NCBI GenBank assembly: GCA_964035545.1
Contig: OZ037765.1
Coordinates: 29,325,504-29,389,503 of the forward strand
DNA: 64,000 nt
Reading direction: 5' to 3'
Origin: Bugula neritina
Lineage: Eukaryota > Animalia > Bryozoa
Positions within the stretch are counted from its first letter, which is position 1. Each line of letters opens with the position of its first letter. Position numbers and translations under genes: made by a program. Under the pieces are notes generated by a model. The model ran no database searches, was not told the origin of the DNA, and saw nothing but the letters and a program-made list of their open reading frames with translations. Below are positions 27,671 through 43,394 of this stretch, in pieces.

Positions 27671-29775
27671 AGCTTGACAATTTGTTTTAGTTCAATCTGG
27701 TGCACTAACCTTATATGCACAACTTCTTTTCAGTTGTATTGTAGGTATATAATTTAAACTGCTCCATTTAGAAGAAATGATTTATTCACTGTTTCATGAA
27801 AATTGAATAGCAAATAGCTTTATTAATACCCTCATTAATCTATATTGAAGCTTATAATAGCCTGCTACTTTGATACAGTGCAATGCCTCTTGCGCTTGAC
27901 TATTTACCTTTAAATTTTGTAAACAGTTTTTTTTAGGTCTTGCTTGACTGTCAAACAAACTGAAACCTAAACCAATCAGATTATGATGTGAGTATATTTA
28001 TTTATATTTCAATATATTTCAACATTGACATATATCGATATGATTGTTTATTAGTTTTGCATATTCAAAGTGAAATAAAATACACTGTAAGCATAAATAC
28101 TATATTTGATTTTCATTGTAAGCAGTTGTGTGTGTGTGTTTTAAATTAATCAGATTCAAAGTGTGTAAAGATGACAAAGTCGCTCCATTGTCAATGGAAT
28201 CTTTTGCAAATTCAGATATTTATAACTTTGACTGGAAGTAAAATTTCTATACTCACATGCAGTTCAAACACACTGCAGTTTCTGCAAGTTGTCTGGGACT
28301 GAACATTTCATAAGAAAATTATACAAATTGTCCTTCAAATTCTAATGATTATTTAATTAGACAATTTTTTTCAAAATATTGCTGGTTGACAGAAGAAGTT
28401 TTATTGTCAGATGCCTTGCATTTTGCAAGATTGCACATCAGACTCGTCAACTATTCAATGCATGTGAAATACAATTTACTTTGGCAGATTTGCTTCTGCA
28501 TTATTAATTTCTGTTTACTGAATTTTTCACCTCATGTCGCTGCAGACATTTTTGGACAAGCAAGCTAATTATTGCAGCCCTAAGTTCAGGAAGGTCTATA
28601 AAGCTCTATATCAAATATATCTTTACTTGTATAACTAAAGCATGGGGACACAGGCTATAAAGGAATGTGTAGACATATTGTAGGCTTGAACTTAGTCATG
28701 TAACTGCTATGCTTTGATTATCCCTGCTATTGACATGCAGCAAGCAGTTTACATCATTCTGGTTTTAAATAAATAAACTGCTGTCCCTGAATGTGCCTAG
28801 TTTCTGGTAATTTAATAGCAATTATTTGGAGGGTGTATTTAAGCTGACCCACTTTTAGCTGACAGTTTAGAATATGCAGGCTATGCATGAAGCGAGGACA
28901 TGAAAATTGATTTTCTAGTCAAATTGAGTTAAGCCTCACTGTATGATCACATCACATGACATGACAGCTACAGCTAACAACCTGCAACAACCTGTCACGC
29001 TAATGTGTAATTTTGTTCTATTATTTTGCTACATTTCATTACTTGCAATTCTCTATACTCAAAACATGTTGAACGCTGTGCAGTGTTGTAACCCCTAAGC
29101 AATGCTGTGCAATGAATGATAAATTAGCTGATAATGATTTGTAGAGTTTATGAATAGACTGGAAGCTCCAAGTACACAGCCCTACAGTTTGCTAGTAGAA
29201 AGGTAGGCATACTAGTAAGTTAAAGCAAAACCCTGGGGCCTTCACTGTACAAATCCTGCAAGTTTAGTGAGTTTTTACTGATTGCATTCAAGACCTTTCT
29301 ACAGGCCAAGGTGTTTATGTAATTTAAACTAAGCAATGCAATCGTCTGTTGGCAGCTTTCTAGGCGTGAATACATAAATGTCAATGGCTTTGATGACATC
29401 AGTTTGGCATGTAGTTGCAGGTAGTTTCTCTATAGCTGTTTTATCAAGTGACAACTATGATGTGTTCATTATACAGTTATTGATGATGTGATATACCTGC
29501 CTTGAGGTCATTGCATTTTTCTCACTTATGCAAGCTTTCTACGCAATCGTGATTTTGCTGTAACTTGAAAAATATTGCTGTAAACAACTCGAGTATTATC
29601 TTGGTAAGGGAATTTTGTTATCTTCAGCTGTTTCTATGGCAATACATTTTCTAATGATGAATGTTGGTGACTTATGGTTAAGACTGTTGCTATAGCATGG
29701 TGTCTTCTAGTAATGTATTCAGTTCAGTGGTGCACTGTTTCAGAAGCTGGTAACTATAGGAAGTGACATCACAAG

Positions 29776-29983
29776 ATGGAGGAGACGAGCATGCTGACCT
29801 CGCTAGATGCCAGTCTCTCAGAACCACACCTTAAAAAGCCTCTCGGTAAAAGGTATGGGGTGAGGCTGAGGGACAGCATAGTGTATAAGATTATCATGTG
29901 CGGAGGATCAAACAGAGGTCAAACTTCATTCATTACTCGGTATACTACAGGGGAGTTTGAGCGGACAATTCCAACCATTGGAA
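29776..29983 (+). CDS. Candidate distal variable first coding exon (V1) of the RAB29-like gene; degenerate P-loop GGSNRGQTS
   Basis: ATG 29776; encodes YKIIMCGGSNRGQTSFITRYTTGEFERTIPTIG; strong phase-1 donor A|GTAAGT at the same TxG| position as V2/V3. No other downstream GTPase exons found before 39509. The spliced product would be 237 aa (..PTIGIDFALK..). Confidence 0.6.
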
Positions 29984-31595
29984 GTAAGTTGAGATATTCC
30001 GTATATTCCTAGTACAGTAGCTATAAGCTAATCAGCACATTCTAGCTTAGTTTTTAGTGTGCTAAGCATCTGACCTTTTTGTATGAGCATGTAATCTGTA
30101 AGTAGCACATCTTTTATGCTCAAACTTGACTAAATTACATGTCTTGCTGCGTAATGTGCATAATGTTATAGAAGTAGCTGAAACATTATGCAGGTAATAA
30201 TGTGTATACTCTTTCCATAAAGGAAGTAGTTTAGTAGATAGTTTTCCAACTAAGCTGTAACCAAATTGCTTTGAAGGATTTCAAATGTTGTAACCTGGCC
30301 CACCGAGTTGTAGACTGCCTTGATATTCTGCTTAGTTTGCAAAAAATATTGTTAGTTTCAAGAAATCTTTTTCTTCTTCATTACTTGAAAGCTGCTACAT
30401 TTTTGTGACATGCTACTTATTCTAGTGATTGTAAGAAATTATCTTCCCAGTTATTATCTAAAAGTTTGTCCACATTGGGAAGCCATTTTAACATTGGTGT
30501 GTTTTGATACTGACAAAGGTTTGAGTATTTGATCAGGAGATAAGAATGTTTTGCTTGGCACTTATTATATCACCATATTGCAGGAGTATTGTAATGACAT
30601 ATTCTAGTTTGCTGTTTACTTTCTTAAATGCTCAGCAAATTAGAGTAGCCGTTTTTGAGACCCCTTCGTTTATTTAAGACATAGTTAAACATGCGAAACT
30701 ACATGGTTAAAAATTATTCAGGTTTTATGTTGAATTGCAGTGTTTTTCATATCTCAAAGGGATCAGACCTAATATTATAGGAGCTCATTTTATTTAACAT
30801 ATTTGAGAAGACAACTCCAACCATGATTTTAAATCAGTTTTGTCACCAAATTTACACATTTCTCTATAGGCCAGGCTTATTATATTGATACCTACTTATT
30901 AGATTCATAATAAAAGAAAAATTTTATTGTTAGCAACAAAAATAAACTTGTTTCTCAATTTATGGGATGTGAAACATTTAAATGTGTCACTAATATGCCA
31001 GAAAAGTCAAATGTCCTTGAGTATAGAGAAATACATGTCTATAAATTATTCAATATTTTTGCAGCATTTTCTTATCCCAAAGCTGACATCTAGCATTTTT
31101 ACTAAATTTTTTTGTTTGTATGCCAGGCAGACCAGGAGAGCACAACAAATGCACACATGTGGTCGATTCTTAATAAATTCATTGGGTGTCATTATTATTC
31201 TTATAGTTTGTATTTCACCTGTGTTTTACCTTTCTATTCACAACCTCATGACTTTCTCAGTTGTTCAACACAAGAGCGTTTGTTTACTCTGGCTTGAGGT
31301 GCCTGCAGGGATGAGTGAGTCTTTTGTCATGGGCACAGTTTTATTGGTTTCAGCATTTGGTTATGTTTACATCTCTTGACTACAAACTGTTCTGAGTGTT
31401 TACTTTCTCTTGATTAGGTGCATCCAAAGAAAACATACATAATTGATGAGTATATGTAATCAAATCAATAGCATTTCAACTGGCATATCACAGTAATAGT
31501 TATAATAATATTTGCTATTGCTGATCAACATTTCAATCGAGGAACTCACTGGGGAAGTTGGGAATATTTTTTGCGGTCAAGTTTGCAAAAAATTC

Positions 31596-32596
31596 ATGGC
31601 TAAGACAGGAAGTGAAGATTATAAACCGTTTTATTTTACGTCTCTAGTACATTTACTAAGCGATGACAAACATTTGTCGTCTCACAAGTCTCCAGCAACA
31701 AGTGCGAGAACTTCCGTTCCTCACTCCAAGAATCCTTCAGCTAAGGTAAGTTTTGTAATGCTCTCATTGTTACGAGTTGAATTCTTAGTTTCTAAAATTT
31801 TCCATTTGTTGATTACACATGTTGATACTCTACAGATTTATTTAGGTTATTTGAAATATAGTTACTTTTTTGTTAATAGAAACCATTAATAAATCTGAAG
31901 AACGAGCTAGAACAGTATGTTGGGAAACCTTTGGCTGTGGATCCCACATTTCTAACACGAAAAAAAGATTGGGGTCGGAAATCATTGGCACAGAACACTC
32001 GAGCTCAACTAAAATACGATAAAGATGTTGAAGCCATCAACAGAGAAACAAGAAAAATGGTTTCACAGCTGCAAAACTCCAAATCTTACCACACCGGCAT
32101 GCTAAGAAAACTACAGGACAGGCAAATGGAGATTTGTAAAAATAGAATTCAAGAGCAAATTTTACATCAAGCTCAAGCGCGTTACGATAAGGCACACGTA
32201 CTAGAAACAAAGAGGTTTTGCGGTGCGTGTTCACGACGCCCTAAAAGTGCTATAGCAAGTTCACAAATTTTTGAGGACAGCATAGCTAGATTACCTAGCA
32301 CCTCTCATTCAAAGGACCATAGAACAGCATTTGACTCTCCTGCTGATTCTAGTCAATTGACAAAATTTGTAGCTAAACGAAAAGTAAAATCTGCTGTACT
32401 ACCTCCTGGAGATTGTGACAGGTTTGTGCCTGAAGTTTGTGAAAGCAGGTTGGTACCGTCACCTGACGTGACAGATGAAAAGGATTGTGACCGGCCTATC
32501 TCGCCTCTTCGATCCTTTGATTTTTCTCCTATACCATCAAAGTATCGCCCTTTTAGAAAATATCGTAGAAGATTGGTGAGGAGTGCTCGGCTGTGA
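31596..32596 (+). CDS. Uncharacterised basic coiled-coil protein, 2 exons (31596-31745, 31880-32596), 288 aa
   Basis: AAG|GTAAG donor and TTAATAG acceptor keep the frame; long open second exon; predicted helical heptad region (AQLKYDKDVEAINRETRKMVSQLQ..LRKLQDRQ); RPKSA/VKSA/VRSA motifs; AATAAA ~35 nt after the stop. No family recognised; start exon uncertain. Confidence 0.7.
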
Positions 32597-33331
32597 TATA
32601 TTTTGTTTTGTATATGTATCATATAAGATTACAATAAATTATTTATGAAGTAAACTTATTATAATAATCGAATACATGTTGTCTAGCCATTTGCACCATT
32701 TTGTATTTAAAAGTAGCCAAGTTAACTAGATTTTCAATCATAAAAGATACTGAATAGTAAATAAACAAATTTCATATTTCAGTTATAATGATGGATTCTA
32801 CTTCTTTGCATTTAAAGTTTATGTAATGTCAAACACTCAGTTGTGATTTACAACACTTTTCCGACATAAAAGTTGTTTGTATGCACTCTGTACTCTGTAG
32901 CCAAGTCGTCAATCATTACAGTCCACATATGTAAAACTGTTTAAAATTAATACTAAATTAATTTAAATTACTTAGTATAAATAGATATATGTAGCTGTGA
33001 ACTCATCCATATTATACGTATCAATAAATTTTGTGGTTTAATCATCCTTTGTTCATGTCTCGCATTCTAACATTATTATTATTGAAATAAAAATGGTTTT
33101 GTAATACAATGTGCTGTTACATCTGGCGCCACTGATCGATTTGTTGGAATTGCCTACTCTTTGTTTTATACATCAAATTACATTTTACATTGTATCTATA
33201 AAGCATGCCTTTATCACTAAAAGGAGGATATTTGATTAAAACTGCCTTTAGTCTTATCATCTCTAATCACTGATCTTGTGATCAACAGATGTGCGTTTGC
33301 AAGTTAGTTTTGACGCTTTAAAAACTGAAGG

Positions 33332-36300
33332 ATGAAGTATATACTATATACACTTTGGCTTCTACTACTGCTATGCTTTATTAACTTAAGTTATTCTCTA
33401 CAATGTAAGAAAATTGACTCTTGCTCATGCAAATGGGATAATGGAACTGTCACATCGCTTCACAGTTTTGGCTCTAAAAATGGAATCAGGTATGTAAATC
33501 TTAGTTTAAGTTTAAAGAACTTGTGGCACCGATTTTAAAATAAATTAATTGATGAATGTGTAATAGGTCACAGCCAGTTCTTATAATCAAAGAGCTAATT
33601 TTTAAATTGTATTAAAGTTTAATTGTAGAATCCTTGAAAGTTTAATAATTGTGTTGCAGAAAAAAATGCTCAATCATAATTTTAATCATCACTTACATAT
33701 CAACCGTAATATAGCTAGGCTGACTCATCTCATTTCAAATTAGTCTAATCACTGGGCATAAGTTTGGTTGGCTTAGCTGAGGGTTGTCTGCTTCCTGTAA
33801 ACAGATCAATTCACTACCTAGTCAATTTGTTTTCATAGCTGATCATTTAATAGAAATATATTTTCTTTTAGATTTAAAAACATGAAAGGAGTAACTGGCT
33901 CTAATGTACGCTATTTCTATAACCCGTGCTATTCCTTCTCTTTGGGGCCAAACTGCTCTAACTCTGCGGTTAGTTTTTTATTTCATCTATCAGCCGCTTT
34001 TTTGCTTTTATTACCAATTTAAATATTTTAAGTGAGATAGATATGTATGATTGAATGAGAAATTAACAATTAAATGGATTTTATGTAAGTTAAACTTTCA
34101 ATAAGAGTAAGCTTGAGAATTTATTGTTTGTTTTTACCAAACTGTCTTCCATTCTCGCAAATCAGCTAGCTATTATATTGTCGTAAGTTACGAAGTGGAA
34201 CTGTTTGTCATTTGAAATAGTTTTACCAACAGGTGTGTTCCGCCGGAAATAACGAACCTACTGTTTCATATGGTGCTCAAAGCTCTGCCACTTTTGCAAC
34301 AATAAAAGACAACTCCCTCGTTCTATCTTATTCAGTTGGAAACCAAGCAAGGTATTGCCAACTTTCAAGAGTTTTATACTATTTTGTCTACTTTTCAATA
34401 CTGCTTTAATGTCGAATTCAATTAATTAAAAATGATTCAATATTTTTTGTTTAAAAGATGGTTTTAATAAAAGTTTTCTTGATATTATTTGTCAAGTACT
34501 TTTATTCATTTATCTAATAAAGTGGAACAATATATTTGGTAAAAGTAATATTTATTTTTATAGTAGCAAGCACTCTGCTTATGAGATAACTAGTGTATGG
34601 TTTATGTGCTGAACTGTAGCTTATGTTTCAGGTTGGCTAACCTCTACATTATATGCACCCCCACTCCTCTATCCACTCCTTTCCAAGTAACTGGTGTGCT
34701 ACCTACAGATCCGCCTTCTTTGGTATGTTTTGACTATGAAATTTCAGTGTAATTGTTTCTTATTATGTCAGGTGCTGCCTTTTAAACTCCCAGCAGAATT
34801 AAATATATATTCTGATACAAAGTATGGCGTGTAGTAGGTTCATATAAAAGCCTCTATTCTTTATAAATATCATCACCCAACAAGATATCTAGCTGCCGGA
34901 ATGGCATTGAAGTATATGTATTTCTCAAAGTTAAACTGCAAAGGTTATCCTAATGTCTGCACACTATCTTATCTGAATCAATTCCACACAGTAGTCTATA
35001 TTATATAAGTTCTGTGCTCCATGCCTGTTGTACTGGGTGTGTTTGTTACAGCTGATGTCTCTGGCAGACCCAAGTGTGTGCGCCAAAAAGCCGACACCTG
35101 GTGGGGGAAGTGGTGGGAGTAGTGGAAGTAATAAGGGTCTCAGCATTGGCTCCATCATCTGTATTGTGTATGTACTGTTACTCTCTGTCGGGCATTGATC
35201 ACTGAAATGATATTAGAAGGCATTTGAATTCATTCTTTTTTGGAGTTGTCTAACTTGTGTAGAGAAGGCAGTTTTCTATTGTAAATTATGCCTGTTAGAG
35301 GCGGGAACTCATGGCCTATAACGAGTAGACAATTAATAATTTTAGCGCACGCAACCCAAGACCCACACACAGTAACAGCTTGTAACAAATGCAAAGCTTT
35401 CAACTACTTTTCAATCAAACTTTGATGAAGTTATCTTCTCTTTGCCATATTCCTGGTATTCAGTATTGAAATGATTTTGCAATTATATTACAGTTTAAAA
35501 TGGTTTCGTTAAAAGAGTAAGTAGTTAATGTATAAATAATGATGAACAATTCTAGTCTGACAAATTATCATCTATGCAAAATAGGCATCATAACTGCATA
35601 TGAAAACATTACAATTTTATCATAATTTTCAGTTCCATGAATTCAGTTCTGTTCATTGATGAAAAATGTTGTAAAACTTACAGCTATTATTCTTACAATT
35701 CTTCTGCAAGATCAGGATTCTTCTTATTTTTATCATACTGTGTGAATTACACTAGTTTTCAATAAGAATGATAGGATTATACTTTGAGCAATTAAATAGC
35801 ATTTCAAAATATATTTAAGCAGCAGGCAAATACAATAATAGAAAATTTAAACTGTTGAAGTTGTTTTGAGTTTCATATAGACAAAGGTTTGCTAAAATAC
35901 CTCAGTAGAGCACAAATATCTCCGCTGCCTCCATAACACCTCATAAATGGTGCTGACTCTAAACTTGAAACTTTTTCCTAAGTTTAGTTTCTTTGTGCTA
36001 TTTTTTTCACTAGTTCTAGGAAGAATGTTCTTCACCGTTTACATCTTATAACTTTTTTCTACACAGCTTGTTACTTGTAGCTATTTCACATTGAAATGTG
36101 TACATATTATTCTAGGTTTGCAAGTTTGGTGGTTTCATATATAGTGTTAGGAGTTGTTGTCTCCAAATTTGTGTTGAAAAGGGAAGGTAAAGAAATATTC
36201 CCCAATTATAGCTTCTGGACAAGTCTGCCTGGTTACTCAAAGGTGTGTGTAATCGTGGGTTTTACTTGCATGCTGGTGTCAGATAAAAATTGCACTGGTA

Positions 36301-36776
36301 GAAATGGCACAAATGGCAAAGTAGGTAAAAATTGCACATTTTCAATATTATGGGTTAAGGTGGGTTTAAGGGTTTGAAATGGGGGTTTATGTTTGAAGGT
36401 TTGAGTTTGGGGTTGCAGTTTAAGGGTTTGGGTTTCAAGTTTGGGGTTTGAAAAATTTAACGCCAGTGTGCCATTTTTACCTACTTTTCCATTTGTGCCA
36501 TTTTTACCTGTGTCATTTTTACCTAAAAGCATATTTACTAACTTGGTGTTTTTGTGTTGGTTTTATGTACTTTTGGAATTGAAATAACTTCTTTATTGAT
36601 ATCACCCAAATATAGTTTATCTGATATAAAGTGATTTTATATTAAACTTGTTTTCAACAATCCCATTTATGTCTTAAATTAGCATGATGCAAATAACGAT
36701 CTCTTTGTAGGATGGAGGTAAATTTGTTGTCAACAAAATCAGAGGGAAGAATACATCCTACTCAGAAGCAAATTAA
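33332..36776 (+). CDS. Cation-dependent mannose-6-phosphate receptor / ATG27-like type I membrane protein, 7 exons, 257 aa
   Basis: Exons 33332-33489, 33872-33968, 34233-34351, 34632-34722, 35052-35167, 36116-36242, 36711-36776(TAA) are in frame. Signal peptide; Cys-containing MRH-like ectodomain (CKKIDSCSC, YFYNPC, SAVC, LYIIC, SVC); GLSIGSII TM entry; cytosolic GKEIFPNYSFWTSLPGYSKDG signature; terminal YSEA. Confidence 0.85.
36281..36524. mobile_element. Palindromic MITE-like element with GGTAAAAATGGCAC subterminal repeats and a (GGGTTT)-rich core, in the last M6PR-like intron
   Basis: ~58-bp imperfect inverted arms (AGATAAAAATTGCACTGGTAGAAATGGCACAAATGGCAAAGTAGGTAAAAATTGCACA vs the reverse complement of TGTGCCATTTTTACCTACTTTTCCATTTGTGCCATTTTTACCTGTGTCATTTTTACCT) surround telomere-like GGGTTT repeats. 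Confidence 0.75.
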
Positions 36777-37381
36777 CTAGTCATTGCTACTTGTATTATT
36801 GTTGTGTCTGTTGAATACTTGAATTACAATACAATACAATAGATTTATCTCTAGACAAGTGATATGTTGTTGATCATTTTATACTGTTATTCAACTGCCT
36901 CTATTATCCATAATCATTCTACTTTGATCAGTTCAGCTGCTCTCCACCTATAACATGTCAGTTATTCATGCATGACTTGTAGTCTATTTTGTTACAAATT
37001 CCAATATGCAACTTGCATGATGGTTTCAGAATGTTGTTTTGATGTTTTATTTGCTTCTAGTATTGTAAGCCATCTTACTGAAAAATTGAGAATAGAAATT
37101 TCTCTGGAGAAAGTTTTTATTTGATGGTGTAAGGGCTACTTGTGACATGGACCATGGGGGAGAGCATGAGCATGTACAAACTATAGAGATAAAGATAATT
37201 GTTATGTTGATGTGAGCTTGTTGGCTGAGAGTTGATCTTATCTCTAACACTCTCACAGTATCATTTTATTGTCACTATTCCAATTCCTGACCTTTCATGC
37301 TGTTGACATGATAGCAATAACAGGCCATTGATTTAGTTGTCAAATATTTAGTCGATTGAGTTGCAACTAGGAACTAGTGTA

Positions 37382-37526
37382 ATGGAAGCAGAAGAGGAGA
37401 ACAACGATTACACAGGTCATAAAATTCTAATAATAGGACCTGCCGAAGCTGGAAAAACAACTTTTATTAAACGTTATGTTACTGGATTATATAATGCTAA
37501 TGCTCTATATAAAAGGACCGTTGGAG
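37382..37526 (+). CDS. RAB29: Variable first coding exon V2 of the RAB29-like gene (P-loop GPAEAGKTT, switch I YKRTVG)
   Basis: ATG 37382; HKILIIGPAEAGKTTFIKRYVTGLYNANALYKRTVG; phase-1 donor G|GTAGGT compatible with the exon at 39509 (216-aa isoform). Confidence 0.8.
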
Positions 37527-38756
37527 GTAGGTATGGAGCACTTTCAATCTGCTTTTTTATAGTGGGTATAGCATATTTTTATATTCAGAAAATTGGTGTA
37601 ATCTGGTTGAAATGTTGACAATGTTGAATGTATAATATTTCTAGAGTTAGCTCTTTGCTTTATATTCCACCACACACTATTTTTAATTGGTTTTCAGTAG
37701 CAATTCAGGCCAATAGGTGCTCGACCATTGTGACAGTGATAGTCAAAATTACTTACTATTGTCAACATAAAATATATAACGACAAGGCTGACGCCTCTAG
37801 TATATATTTTCACATGATATGACTTATGAGATAGGTGACGTCTAGCCAGCTGGCTATAATCTCGAAAGCCGTACCTTCATATTGATAACAATGATGACTC
37901 AGTATCAACTGTGCCAGAACCTTTTCTTAGCTTAAGAACCTTTATTTATTTGCTGCTGGGGTGTAGGAGTTAAATGTTTTAGCCTAGAACTTGAGCAGCT
38001 TGACCAACCCCAATTTGTCATAGCTTATATCGTAGGAGAAGCGCTGCATTTAGAGAAAATTGCCATCTCTATTTTCTAAATGCTATTTATCCATAACTTC
38101 CAAATTGGAGATGTAAAGTTCTGGTGCAAAACATAACCTCTTAATGTTGGCTATATCTCAACTTTAAAACTGGGCTGGTAGCTAGTTATATTTAGTAGTC
38201 AATAAGCTAGTTTACCTTATAAAGAGCTCGTGTGTTCATAGGTGCATGTTCAGTTCTTAAGTGCATATCAACTCTGTTGTTTTTTTTTTCAAATCAAAGG
38301 CACAATGCAGCTTTAGTAATGTACACCTATTAGCAATATTATTTTGGTTACCTATAGAATAATTATCATCACTTAAATAAGTTCCTTTTATTCTACTGTT
38401 GAGCTCATTTGAATTTCAATATAAAGTGGGCGGAACACAAACATGGACTTTGCCATTGTGGTTATTTTGGTATTTAGATGCTGAGATAATCAACTCTCTG
38501 AACGGGCGAATAGTTCTAGTCGAAGTGTGCAGGGTTAATTTGACCTCCGACTAGCTAATCAAATGACTCATACTCTATTCATTACTAGTATTCAGCTACT
38601 TCCATAAACATTAGCACAACGCACGCCGACTTGTGAGTCTCGCCATTTTTCACCTCACTGGCTGTTAGTTTTACAAATAAATGCACTTTCATTTTGTGCT
38701 GATACTTAGGCCCACCTTTGGGCATTGCTAGAAATAGCACCAGTTTGCTGGGAAAC

Positions 38757-43394
<4,638 letters not shown>

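Noticed and set aside
27937-29202. Candidate small exons 27937-27987 and 29145-29202 upstream of Rab V1
   Set aside because: Splice signals are plausible, but they cannot be joined in frame to V1 (a stop precedes its ATG); at most 5' UTR exons, unsupported without RNA data.
31125-31297. ADQES-containing ORF resembling a degenerate AGQER exon that could partner V1
   Set aside because: No downstream similarity to Rab (no YY, FD or NK motifs) and no VDF/WD exon between it and V1; probably chance.
36340-36450. Interstitial telomere-like GGGTTT repeats
   Set aside because: Degenerate and enclosed by inverted arms, so better explained as the core of a MITE-like element.
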